Assembly: GCA_965216325.1 (NCBI GenBank)
Contig: OZ244160.1
Location: 704,001 to 768,000, forward strand
Direction: 5' to 3'
DNA length: 64,000 nucleotides
Source: Coraliomargarita sp.
GTDB lineage: Bacteria; Verrucomicrobiota; Verrucomicrobiia; Opitutales; Coraliomargaritaceae
The notes under the pieces are model-generated. The model did not search any database, was not told the origin of the DNA, and saw only the letters and a program-made list of their open reading frames with translations. The position numbers and the translations under genes were made by a program. Position 1 is the stretch's first letter, and every line of letters starts with the position of its first letter. Below are positions 50,297 to 64,000 of the stretch, piece after piece.

Positions 50297-51227
50297 AGAA
50301 CCGGAGCGGCTTCCTTTGGCGATTACATCGGGTGATCCGGCTGGGGTCGGTCCAGAAGTCATTCAAGCGACGCTGAAGGCTGATAGGCAGTCCGGCCGGG
50401 ACTGCTGTATCATTGGTCCCAAGTCTTGGGCTGAGCCACTGGCTGTGGAACTTGGAATCGAGTATCATGCGGTCGGGGCCGAAGATCTTATTCCTCAAGC
50501 GGGTGTTCCGAGTAAGGATGGTGCAGCAGCTGCCCTCGAAGCTTTACAGTTTGCAGCTCGGGGCTGTGCCGCGGGGCGTTTTCGTGGGGTTGTCTCCGGG
50601 CCGGTCAGTAAGCATTGGCTGCAGCAGGTTGGGTTTACGCATCCGGGACAAACCGAGTTTTTTGCCGAGGCCTGGGGAGGCGAGCCGACTATGGGCTTTG
50701 TGGGCAACGAGTTACGGGTTGTCTTGGCGACTTGGCACATTCCTCTCTCGGAGGTGTCGAGTGCCCTGACCGCGGAGGCTTTGGAGCTCGCGGTGCGACG
50801 TGCGAACGACTTAGGGCAGCAACTCGGCGTCGAGCAGCCACGCATTGGTGTCTGCGGTTTGAATCCACACGCAGGGGAGGGCGGTATTCTTGGTACCGAG
50901 GAACGCGATGTCTTGGACCCTGCTTTGGAACGCTTGCGAAGTGAAATGCCCAACCTCTCGGCCTGCTTGCCGGGCGATACGGTTTTCAACCGCCAGCGAA
51001 AGGGCGATTTCGATGTAGTGGTGGCGGCCTATCACGATCAGGGGCTGGCTGCAGTTAAAACACTGGAGTTTGATGCGGCAGTCAATGTGACCCTAGGGCT
51101 GCCCTATGTTCGGACTAGTCCGGACCATGGAACCGCCTTCGATATTGCGGGTCAGGGGATTGCGAGCCCCGGTAGTTTTGCTGCTGCGCTAAGGGTTGCC
51201 CGTGAGTTGACGCTTGACCGCGATTGA
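50289..51227 (+). CDS. pdxA: 4-hydroxythreonine-4-phosphate dehydrogenase
   Basis: GDPAGVGPE, GLNPHAGE, YHDQG and RTSPDHGTA motifs. Confidence 0.93.
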   Translation: MSKEPERLPLAITSGDPAGVGPEVIQATLKADRQSGRDCCIIGPKSWAEPLAVELGIEYHAVGAEDLIPQAGVPSKDGAAAALEALQFAARGCAAGRFRGVVSGPVSKHWLQQVGFTHPGQTEFFAEAWGGEPTMGFVGNELRVVLATWHIPLSEVSSALTAEALELAVRRANDLGQQLGVEQPRIGVCGLNPHAGEGGILGTEERDVLDPALERLRSEMPNLSACLPGDTVFNRQRKGDFDVVVAAYHDQGLAAVKTLEFDAAVNVTLGLPYVRTSPDHGTAFDIAGQGIASPGSFAAALRVARELTLDRD

Positions 51228-51256
51228 TTTCTAGCACCTGTAAGGGCTGATTAACT

Positions 51257-51634
51257 ATGGCTGTGGATACTTCCAATACATTGCCCGAGGGGGTGCGCGA
51301 AGGGAACGAGAAACTCATTCTGCTGACTGAGCCTGCGGGTGTGAAGCTGAATGCCTTGATCGCGCGCGAACAGAAAGGTGACTACTTGCGTGTGAAGATC
51401 ACCGGTGGTGGTTGTAACGGGCTCAGTTATAAGATGAAGTTCGTTAAAGAGCCGAAGCGTGGTGATATTTTGGTTCGCTCAGCAGGTGCGATGGCACTGA
51501 TTGATTCCAAGAGTGCGCTCTATATTAAGGGCACTACGCTCGACTACTCCGACAAGATGGTCGGTGGTGGCTTCAAGTTTTCCAATCCAAATGCCAAAGC
51601 GAGTTGTAGCTGCGGCGAAAGTTTCAGCATTTAG
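51257..51634 (+). CDS. HesB/IscA family Fe-S carrier
   Basis: GGCNGLSY and NPNA...CSCGESF motifs. Confidence 0.93.
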   Translation: MAVDTSNTLPEGVREGNEKLILLTEPAGVKLNALIAREQKGDYLRVKITGGGCNGLSYKMKFVKEPKRGDILVRSAGAMALIDSKSALYIKGTTLDYSDKMVGGGFKFSNPNAKASCSCGESFSI

Positions 51635-51639
51635 TGGGT

Positions 51640-53121
51640 ATGATCCTGCGGCTGCGATTTCTGTTCATGATTGTGGCCGTTTTTTTCGGCAATTTACTCA
51701 CTGCCTCTGAGTTTACGGTGGTCGCATACAATGTGGAGAATCTCTTCGATGTCGATGGAGTTGCGCTCTACGAGGACTATGAGCAGGTGGAGCCTGCAAC
51801 TCTGGAGAGCTATACTCGGCGCAAATTTCTAACTAAGCTCCAGCATGTCGTGCTCACGTTACAGGCCTTTAATGTGCCCGGCGGACCCGAGGTGATTCTG
51901 TTTCAGGAGCTGGAGGCCGACTTTACTCCGAAGAGTGGTCTGAAAGACTTACGTGGTTTCTTGCGCGAGTATTCCACAAGCTCGGTCGAATCGATGCTGA
52001 CGCATGGATGGCGTGCTCCGTATGCCGGCATTCCCTCGCATGCTTGGTTGTTGAAAGCCATGGCCGATCAAGGACTGACAGGCTATAATGTTGTGGTGGC
52101 TCCGGCGAAGGATTCCGAAATGCGGATCGCGCATACTTGTGCGGTCTTTTCGAAATTCCCTATAAATGAGGTGAACGTGCACCCACTTCAGCAAGCCCGC
52201 GACATCCTTGAGGTCGAGCTGGAAATTGCAGGGGCTTCCTTGTGGGTCTATTCGAATCATTGGAAGTCGGGTGCTTCGAATCCTGATCGAGAGCCGATTC
52301 GTGTCCAAAATGCGTGCGTCCTACGTGAGCTTCTAGATGCCCGACTCGCTGAGGATCCATATGCAGACATTATCATTGGGGGCGATTTGAATTCTCATTA
52401 CAACCATAGTCGATTGTTTCCCGCTGTGCAAACTGGGGTCAATGACGTGCTGGGTTCACAAGGAGATGAGCGCGCCATTCGTGCTAATGACGGGCCCGAT
52501 CTTTATAATCTTTGGTTCGAGTTACTGCCTGACGAGCGCTACTCCGAGGTCTGGAAGGGGCGTCGAGGAACGCTGATGCATTTGCTGATTACGCGTGGGC
52601 TCTATGATGGGGCTGGTATCAGCTATCTGGATGGCAGTTTCAATAAACTCGGTGTGGCTGGGGTGAACGCCGATGCTTTGGGCCGACCACTGAAGTGGAA
52701 CTTTTTCGGTGAAACTGGCGGCGGCTTCTCTGACCATTTTCCGCTTTATGCACGTTTCAGCACACTGCCGTTCAAGCCTCGTGATGCACCCAGTGTGGGA
52801 ACGGATGCACTGAGCGAAGAGCTGCCGCTGGACTATCGGAGTGGTGTGCAGGCATCGCTAGAGAACGGGGACTTCCTTAATGTGTTAGCAGATGCCGAGC
52901 TTGGAGCTCATGTTGGCAAAGTTTTCCAAGTTGAGGCCGAGATTGCGCAACGAAAGCCTCTGAGTGTCACGGTCGATGGAGTCGAGTGGTCGGTCTTCAT
53001 TCCAGATCGAGATTTGTTTAACCGTGTCATTCGCACCCGAGAGGGACAAATACTCGATTTGGTCGTAACTCTTCAGGTTTACAGGGGGAAGCGTCAATTC
53101 GTGGTCGAGGGAATACGCTAA
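51640..53121 (+). CDS. Secreted endonuclease/exonuclease/phosphatase (EEP) family protein
   Basis: Signal peptide, YNVENLFD, QE, NHWKS, GDLN and SDHFP motifs, plus a C-terminal OB-like extension. Confidence 0.9.
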   Translation: MILRLRFLFMIVAVFFGNLLTASEFTVVAYNVENLFDVDGVALYEDYEQVEPATLESYTRRKFLTKLQHVVLTLQAFNVPGGPEVILFQELEADFTPKSGLKDLRGFLREYSTSSVESMLTHGWRAPYAGIPSHAWLLKAMADQGLTGYNVVVAPAKDSEMRIAHTCAVFSKFPINEVNVHPLQQARDILEVELEIAGASLWVYSNHWKSGASNPDREPIRVQNACVLRELLDARLAEDPYADIIIGGDLNSHYNHSRLFPAVQTGVNDVLGSQGDERAIRANDGPDLYNLWFELLPDERYSEVWKGRRGTLMHLLITRGLYDGAGISYLDGSFNKLGVAGVNADALGRPLKWNFFGETGGGFSDHFPLYARFSTLPFKPRDAPSVGTDALSEELPLDYRSGVQASLENGDFLNVLADAELGAHVGKVFQVEAEIAQRKPLSVTVDGVEWSVFIPDRDLFNRVIRTREGQILDLVVTLQVYRGKRQFVVEGIR

Positions 53122-53190
53122 GGTCGAAGCAAGTTCAGCAACAGCGCACTTGCACCGTCGGTCGATTTTCCCCAACTTGCTCCGTTTCCT

Positions 53191-54726
<1,536 letters not shown>

Positions 54727-54834
54727 GGTGCCTGCTTCGTATTGGCTGAGTTTAGTTACCTATTGCAGGTAAAAAGTGTTCGAAAGCGGAACCCGCTATC
54801 GACTATTTAGCCTTTTTGATCATTCGTATCCTCT

Positions 54835-55512
54835 ATGGACGACGGGCAGGTTCGCTATGTGATTCAGCTGGATGAGCGAGAGATCATCTTTGACGTAGAT
54901 CCTGTGCCGCAGGACCTTTCGGATGGTGCTGACTACCCGGACTGGGCGCTGTTAAGGCATAAGCAGTGTGCGTGCTGTCCCTTGAAAGAGACAGACTGTA
55001 AATTCTGTCCAGTCGCGACTCGTATCCATCCATTGATTGAGAAGTTTTCGGCACACAAGTCGACTGAGCGTGCACATGTTCGGGTGGAAACGGCATCACG
55101 AAGCTATGTTGCCGAGGTTGATCTACAGAGTGCCATCAGTTCGCTAATGGGGCTGCTGATGGCGACCAGCGGATGTCCGGTGTTGAACAAACTGGGTGCC
55201 ATGGCCAGTTTACATGTGCCCTTTTGTTCGACGAAGGAGACGCTGCATCGATCTGTGGGGTCGTATCTAACTCAGCAATATTTTATCCAGCAAAAAGGTG
55301 GAGTCCCTGATTGGGAGTTGAAGGGCCTGAAGGCGCTTTACGAAGAGCTCGGAGGCCTGAATCAGGACTTCTCAAGACGAATCCAAGACTCGATCCAAAG
55401 TGATGCGATGTCGAATGCCGTCATTATTTTCTTTGCGACCTCGGTCCTGGTCTCGACCTCTCTCGAAGAGCAACTCGCTCAATACGAGGGGTATCTTACA
55501 AATACGAAATAG
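54835..55512 (+). CDS. Hypothetical Cys-rich protein (DUF6901-like)
   Basis: W..L...QCACCPL.....CP and LMGLLMATSGCP motifs. Confidence 0.7.
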   Translation: MDDGQVRYVIQLDEREIIFDVDPVPQDLSDGADYPDWALLRHKQCACCPLKETDCKFCPVATRIHPLIEKFSAHKSTERAHVRVETASRSYVAEVDLQSAISSLMGLLMATSGCPVLNKLGAMASLHVPFCSTKETLHRSVGSYLTQQYFIQQKGGVPDWELKGLKALYEELGGLNQDFSRRIQDSIQSDAMSNAVIIFFATSVLVSTSLEEQLAQYEGYLTNTK

Positions 55513-56772
55513 CTAGGCTTGTAGAGCGAGTCCCGCCTTTTCAAGGTCGGCACCACTTGGAGCCTGGTAGGCGCTTAGTCCCATTTCCGGTAGGATTGCA
55601 ATCAGGTGGTCAAAAATGTCGCCCTGAATGTCTTCGTAGTTTGCCCAGGCAATGTCGTTGGTAAAGCAATAGAGCTCAATCGGTAGGCCTTTATCAGTTG
55701 GGGGTAGTTGGCGAACGAGCAACGTCATTCCGCTTTGATGAATCTTCGGATGGTTGCGCAGGTAGGCGACACAGTAGGCGCGGAAGGTGCCGATGTTAGT
55801 CAGACGGCGTCCGTTGATGAGCTCAGCGAGATCGTTGCTCACGTCTGTATTGTGCTGCTGGATCTCGGCGAGCTTTGCTTCGAGGTAGGGGCGTAGGATC
55901 TTAATTTGCTTGAAGCGTTCGAGTAAGGCTTCGTCGGCAAACTGTACACTGCGCAGGTCGATATTCAGGGCACGCTTAATTCGCCGACCACCAGACTCGC
56001 TCATGCCGCGCCAATTCTTAAAGGAGTCAGAGATTAGGGTGTAGGTCGGAATCGTGGTGATTGTCTTGTCCCAGTTTTGAACCTTCACTGTGGTTAGCGA
56101 TACATCAATCACATCACCATCGGCACCGCGGCCTGGCATTTCGATCCAGTCGCCCACCATCACCATATTGTTTAAGGACAACTGGAAGCCAGCCACCAGA
56201 CCGAGAATCGCGTCTTTAAAGATCAGAAGTAGAATCGCGGTGACCGCACCCAAGCCAGAAAAGAAGACCAAGGGTGATTTATCCAAAATCACTGAGAGAA
56301 TGAAGATGAGGCCGATCAGGTTGATGACTAGCTTTGCAGCCTGTGTTGCGCTCTTTGCCGGGTATTTCTTACCAATTGGGCCGCGTTGCCAGACATCGCG
56401 GAGGAAATTCAGTGCTGCGTCCAAGACGAACAACACAATGATGATGATGTAGGTGTTGAGGACGACATTGATCAATTTGAGCAGATTCGGGTGCTCTGCA
56501 AATAGGCCGGGGGCGACGAAGTGGATGACTGCGGCTGGAACGATATGTGAGAAACGAATAAAGACGTTGTCACGGATCAATAGGTCGTCCCATTCAAACT
56601 TTGTTTTGCGGATCAGCGGATGAATTGCTGCTTCGATGAACTTTTTCGCCATATAGTTGGCGATCAGTGCGATTGCAACTAGACCGAAAAATACGATGCC
56701 GAGCGAGACGAGTGATGAAGCGCGTTCACTTAGGGCATAGTTTTGGAGCCAAAGGGATAGATTCTGAACCAT
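55513..56772 (-). CDS. MscS-family channel, YbdG type
   Basis: GDWIEMP...ADGDV, VQNWDKTITTIP, FKNWRGM..SGGRRIKR and LTNIGTFRAY motifs. Confidence 0.93.
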   Translation of the reverse strand: MVQNLSLWLQNYALSERASSLVSLGIVFFGLVAIALIANYMAKKFIEAAIHPLIRKTKFEWDDLLIRDNVFIRFSHIVPAAVIHFVAPGLFAEHPNLLKLINVVLNTYIIIIVLFVLDAALNFLRDVWQRGPIGKKYPAKSATQAAKLVINLIGLIFILSVILDKSPLVFFSGLGAVTAILLLIFKDAILGLVAGFQLSLNNMVMVGDWIEMPGRGADGDVIDVSLTTVKVQNWDKTITTIPTYTLISDSFKNWRGMSESGGRRIKRALNIDLRSVQFADEALLERFKQIKILRPYLEAKLAEIQQHNTDVSNDLAELINGRRLTNIGTFRAYCVAYLRNHPKIHQSGMTLLVRQLPPTDKGLPIELYCFTNDIAWANYEDIQGDIFDHLIAILPEMGLSAYQAPSGADLEKAGLALQA

Positions 56773-56881
56773 TACAGCTTCTGGTTATGTTTGGCTTTGG
56801 TGGGATGACAACTCCTATGAGTGATAAATCTAGGCGAGAATATCTTGCTGCGCGCCCAATCGAAGTGCAGCTTTATCCCTA

Positions 56882-57613
56882 ATGCGCATATTAGCTACAA
56901 CTGTCATCTGCATACTCGCACTCGGACTGGGAACTCTCTGTGCGGAAGAGAATGCTGGCAAGCTCCACCGAGTGTTGGATGGTTATCGGAAGGCGTATGG
57001 AGGCTTCCGTGCGTCGGAAATTTTAAAGTCGGTCACACTGCGCGGTGAGCAGTTGCAGGGCGATCAGAATTATGAATTCCTCTTGCGTAAAAAACGGCCG
57101 AACTCGATCCGTTACAGCCTAAGCAACCGCTCGAATTCCGTTGTTTGTGGCTATGATGGTGAAGTTGGCTGGCAGCGAGTGGATACCGGGGGAGTGGTTA
57201 CCATTTCTGACTTGGAGGGAATTGCCTTGGAATCCTTGATTCGAGAGGCAGAGTTCGACGCGCCATTATTGCGCTATTTCTCGAGATCTGGAATTCGTAT
57301 CCGCTTGTTGGATACTGCGGTCTTGGAGGGGCGTCCCACGTATCAGCTGGAAGTTGTCGAGCGTGGGGCTCCAACTGCGCACTACTATCTGAGCATGGAT
57401 GCCTATCAGATTGTGAAGAAGGATCTACTGAATGAGGAGGGCGAGGTTGTGCTTGAAACGAACTACCGCAATTATCGTGAAGTCGATGGCATTCCATTTC
57501 CTTTTGAAATCGAGACAAAACGTAATGGTAAACGCATCTCGTTGACGAAAGTTGAACAAGTTGAGGTGAATCCTGGCCAATTCAGCTTCTATTTTCGCAA
57601 GCCGACTTATTAG
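56882..57613 (+). CDS. Secreted LolA-like fold protein
   Basis: Signal peptide, AYGG, GYDG..GW, YR.VDG..FPF and VEVN...F..P pattern. Confidence 0.7.
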   Translation: MRILATTVICILALGLGTLCAEENAGKLHRVLDGYRKAYGGFRASEILKSVTLRGEQLQGDQNYEFLLRKKRPNSIRYSLSNRSNSVVCGYDGEVGWQRVDTGGVVTISDLEGIALESLIREAEFDAPLLRYFSRSGIRIRLLDTAVLEGRPTYQLEVVERGAPTAHYYLSMDAYQIVKKDLLNEEGEVVLETNYRNYREVDGIPFPFEIETKRNGKRISLTKVEQVEVNPGQFSFYFRKPTY

Positions 57614-57616
57614 AGC

Positions 57617-58297
57617 TTAATTGTTGCCGATCGAATCATCTCCGAGTTCGCCCTTGAGCTCTCGGTCGATTCTCAGTTGTTCGATTTCATTTTGCAGGAA
57701 ATGTTTAAAGTGCTCGAAGCGTGCGTATATGCCGCGTGTTTCTAGTAGCTGCTGTTTCACTTCTCCTGATGCGCATAGTGTCGCAATCGAGATGTCGAGT
57801 GCGCCTTCCGGGTCTTTAATCGTCTGTAAAAAGCTAAGCACTTCCTTCGGAATCGGTGCGCCAAGTTCAATTTGAGTTTCTACGAGTCCGATGATTTCAG
57901 TCTGTATCGTATTCAGATCGCCAGGACTCGCGTCATGCTCGCTCAGTATTGGATGGATGCGTGCTTTACGGTAGGGCAGTTCGGTCGTGATTCCGTCTAA
58001 CTGGACGCGGGCGAGGCCTTGTAGCACCAGATTCGAGGTGCCGTCTTCATTCGTGTGGCAGGCTCGCACGACGCCGATTCCTGCAATCGAATGGGGTGGT
58101 TCATCGGCTCGATTGTCTTGGTCGCTGTCGTCAAGCGCAGCAATCGCGAAGATCCGGTCACCAGCCAGCACTTCGTTGAGCATGGTGCGGTAGCGCGGTT
58201 CGAAAATGTGCAGCGGCAGAATCGCTTGCGGAAACAGCACCGCGTTGCTCAGCGTCATGACAGGAACTTCGCGTGGGATCTCGATGTGCTGTGTCAT
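57617..58297 (-). CDS. Stand-alone Lon protease N-terminal (substrate-binding) domain protein
   Basis: VLFP...LPLHIFEPRYR.M and DGT.N.VLQG..R motifs; no AAA+ domain. Confidence 0.9.
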   Translation of the reverse strand: MTQHIEIPREVPVMTLSNAVLFPQAILPLHIFEPRYRTMLNEVLAGDRIFAIAALDDSDQDNRADEPPHSIAGIGVVRACHTNEDGTSNLVLQGLARVQLDGITTELPYRKARIHPILSEHDASPGDLNTIQTEIIGLVETQIELGAPIPKEVLSFLQTIKDPEGALDISIATLCASGEVKQQLLETRGIYARFEHFKHFLQNEIEQLRIDRELKGELGDDSIGNN

Positions 58298-58332
58298 GCT
58301 GCGTGAGTGGTTTCGTGGAGGATGATTACGGC

Positions 58333-58617
58333 CTAGTTCCATTCGTCCGGGTGGAGTTTCATCGGTTCTGGATCCGAACACTCTGCATAATACACGGCCA
58401 TGCGGAAATAGCGAATCCGGTCCTCCGGTAAGTTGTCGGCTTTGGCTCTAGCTTCTTCGAAGAGCACCTCAGGGGCACGCCCCTGAAGCTGGTAAATTTC
58501 CCGAATGCCTATGTCGATCAAGTTCCGGACGGCTGCCACATCCATACGCGGAATGCGCATGAGCGCAGAGTTGAGCGCCTCATAATCGACTTTCTTTTTC
58601 TTCTTAGTTGGGACCAT
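58333..58617 (-). CDS. Helix-hairpin-helix domain protein (Cdd1/pathogenicity-locus-like)
   Basis: L.RIP.......L..IGI.....L.G..PE.LF and FRMAVYYAE motifs. Confidence 0.8.
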   Translation of the reverse strand: MVPTKKKKKVDYEALNSALMRIPRMDVAAVRNLIDIGIREIYQLQGRAPEVLFEEARAKADNLPEDRIRYFRMAVYYAECSDPEPMKLHPDEWN

Positions 58618-58687
58618 CGTGGGCAGTTGAGCGCAGTGAACTTCATTTTGCAACTACGACATCATCGCATTTGTCGAGCCACTGCGC

Positions 58688-58737
58688 TGTGTCACGCCGG
58701 TGAGACATGGCGCGCAACTGTGACACGATCTGTCACA
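58688..58737. promoter_or_regulatory. Tandem palindromes, candidate enhancer (UAS) sites
   Basis: TGTGTCA-N6-TGAGACA (58688-58707) and a perfect TGTGACA-N5-TGTCACA (58719-58737). Confidence 0.55.
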
Positions 58738-58832
58738 CCTTGACTCAGTTTTGAGTGGGGTCTCCAGCGCTTGGATACTGGACTTGTTTTTAATCTTGTT
58801 GCAAATCAAGTAGATAGGATTTGTGAGGGGCC

Positions 58833-58849
58833 TTGGCACTGGCATTGCT
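58833..58849 (+). promoter_or_regulatory. Sigma54 (-24/-12) promoter of dnaK
   Basis: TTGGCAC-TGGCA-TTGCT matches TGGCAC-N5-TTGCW with exact spacing. Confidence 0.75.
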
Positions 58850-58860
58850 ATTGGGCTGGC

Positions 58861-60813
<1,953 letters not shown>

Positions 60814-60904
60814 ATTCTTAAACCACTAGCGTGCTGGTCGTATTGGCCAGCGCGCTTCTTCTTAATTCAAACCAAAACGTATTCAAAATACACATACACA
60901 AACT

Positions 60905-61180
60905 ATGAAAATCAAACCACTCGGTTCCCGCGTTCTCGTAAAGCGCATCGAAGAAGACGAACAAGTCCGTGGCGGCATCATCATTCCTGATTCCGCTAAG
61001 GAGAAGTCCCAGGAAGCACAAGTTGTTGCTTTGGGCACAGGTAAGGCTGATGACAAACCATTCTACGTAAAGAAGGGTGACAAGGTTCTCCTTCCTAATT
61101 ACGGCGGTTCCCAAATCAAGGTCGACGGTGTTGAATACACACTCATCGAGGAAGACGACATCCTCGGTATCGTAGGCTAA
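60905..61180 (+). CDS. groES: Co-chaperonin GroES
   Basis: [20 protein letters not shown] and EDDILGI motifs. Confidence 0.98.
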   Translation: MKIKPLGSRVLVKRIEEDEQVRGGIIIPDSAKEKSQEAQVVALGTGKADDKPFYVKKGDKVLLPNYGGSQIKVDGVEYTLIEEDDILGIVG

Positions 61181-61209
61181 TACGCCGAACTACAGATTTA
61201 ATCAAATAA

Positions 61210-62868
<1,659 letters not shown>

Positions 62869-62912
62869 TCCATTCGGATTCATCCGCTCAAGCAAACCAA
62901 TCCATTCATAAC

Positions 62913-62947
62913 AAAGCCCTCCGGTTCAAACCGGAGGGCTTTTTTTG
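62913..62947 (+). terminator. Intrinsic terminator after groEL
   Basis: AAAGCCCTCCGGTT-ca-AACCGGAGGGCTTT followed by a T-run. Confidence 0.9.
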
Positions 62948-62993
62948 CTTAAAGACTCAAGATAGCGCTAATTTTGAGTAAGTTCACCGTTCA

Positions 62994-63261
62994 ATGAAAT
63001 ATCATGTGAAATAAGCCGCTGGTGATCCATAAGCCCTTAATTCAGAGTGATTTGGGTGGGGGCTATGTTCTTGTGGCTGACGCTTGGGATTATGTTGATT
63101 TATGGTTGAGGCGAACAGGGAAGCATCAGGATGCGCGATTTTATTGGCAGCAAACTAGATTGTTTTTTGACGCATCTAGAATGCTTCCCAATGTGGCGTC
63201 GCCGCTTCCTGCCTATTACTGTTTCTTGAATGCAGTTAAACCGTTTACGAGCGGTTTATGA
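62994..63261 (+). pseudogene. Truncated YaaC-like gene remnant
   Basis: WDYV.LWL...ARFYWQQ...FF.AS..LP..ASPLPAYYCFLNAVK resembles the YaaC-like N-terminus and stops right afterwards. The upstream ATG 62994 hits a stop after six codons. The segment is AT-richer than its flanks. Confidence 0.5.
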
Positions 63262-63346
63262 CAATTTATTAGCTTCGCGTATAGATTCCTTTGGCTAGAG
63301 CATTTTTATCTAGCCAAAGTGTGTGTGTGGCTTCGATATGGGCATA

Positions 63347-64000
63347 ATGTTACGGACTATTCGCTTCCTTGCTTTAGTGGCCTGTCAGTATGCTGTGCTG
63401 GGTGCGGCTTCCTTTGTAAATCCATCATGGGATCTCGAGAGGATTTACCATGCCAGTCCGTATGCATTTTCGGGACAGCTGACATCCATCGAAATCGTTG
63501 CAGAAGTCAAAACAGGCGTGATGGGGGTTGAGCTGAGCGAGCTGTCGACAGATGACCCAGACTTGCGAGAGATTGTCTGGCGCAATGTGCGTCTTTATAC
63601 CTTTGCCGTGCAAGATGCTTTTAAAGGAGATGTGTTCGGTGAGATCGAAGTGTATGCACCAACGGCAGAAACTTTGTGGTCCTATTTCAAAACCGAACTC
63701 GGATATACGATTCTGAGCAAGGCGGCTGATCCGGATCCCTATGCGGGCAAATTATCCGTCGGGGAGCAGGGGCTCTTTTTTGTGAATGCCTTTAATGGTT
63801 CGACACTTCCCGTTCTGGTTGCCTTGCGCTCTGAGGAGCAAGCGGAACGTGGGATTCGTATTTTGCAGACTTTCAAGCAGACACAGGGCGTCGACCTTGC
63901 GGCAGTTATTGAGCTGGATGATACCATGCAGGCAGCTGCAGCGGAACAGGAGCGCGTGTATCTGGAAAGTTTAGAGAAGCGTTACTTCAAGATTACCATG
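63347..64000 (+). CDS. Hypothetical secreted protein (partial, runs off the window end)
   Basis: MLRTIRFLALVACQYAVLGAASF signal-like start; the frame is open for 218 codons to the window edge. Confidence 0.7.
   Translation, partial: MLRTIRFLALVACQYAVLGAASFVNPSWDLERIYHASPYAFSGQLTSIEIVAEVKTGVMGVELSELSTDDPDLREIVWRNVRLYTFAVQDAFKGDVFGEIEVYAPTAETLWSYFKTELGYTILSKAADPDPYAGKLSVGEQGLFFVNAFNGSTLPVLVALRSEEQAERGIRILQTFKQTQGVDLAAVIELDDTMQAAAAEQERVYLESLEKRYFKITM

Noticed and set aside
58833..58859. CIRCE operator before dnaK
   Set aside because: Only a left-arm-like TTGGCACT is present, with no GAGTGCTAA nine bases later. The sigma54 spacing fits exactly instead.
60828..60860. Hairpin between dnaK and groES as a full terminator
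   Set aside because: The stem is clear but the U-tract is broken (TTCTTCTT). It is more likely a stabilising or partial-termination hairpin.

Overview
64-kb, gene-dense core-chromosome window from a mid-GC bacterium. The gene content (double-length UvrA, alternative complex III fused in one operon with a C-family oxidase, Methanosarcina-type SerC, few Shine-Dalgarno sites) suggests Verrucomicrobia, probably Opitutae/Puniceicoccales; this is an inference. Housekeeping genes: L,D-transpeptidase, asd, SleB-like hydrolase, satP, MIF-like tautomerase, serC, topB, lpxK, an extended adenylate kinase, rsmJ, uvrA, recD2, lpxA, pdxA, iscA-like, metG and dnaK-groES-groEL. Clusters: a Cu P-type ATPase upstream of actABCDEF(G)-ccoS-ccoN-ccoO-cytochrome c, and a beta-barrel/Wza/Wzc/O-antigen-ligase-like export cluster. 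No rRNA, tRNA, CRISPR array, transposase or phage gene was seen. The most unusual signals lie outside the gene list. (1) uvrA carries six palindromic repeat elements from two families, inserted without breaking the frame and translated as loop peptides; relatives of both families sit intergenically in the same window. (2) A ~280-nt rod-shaped ncRNA candidate follows serC and has a competing alternative pairing strand. (3) A sigma54-type promoter with enhancer-like palindromes would make dnaK-groESL leaderless. (4) The divergent ldt and asd genes overlap at their start codons. (5) A Tat-like microprotein heads the ACIII operon. (6) Several 'empty' inverted short-tandem-repeat cassettes occupy intergenic gaps. 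All protein calls come from motif recognition by eye; no database search was run.
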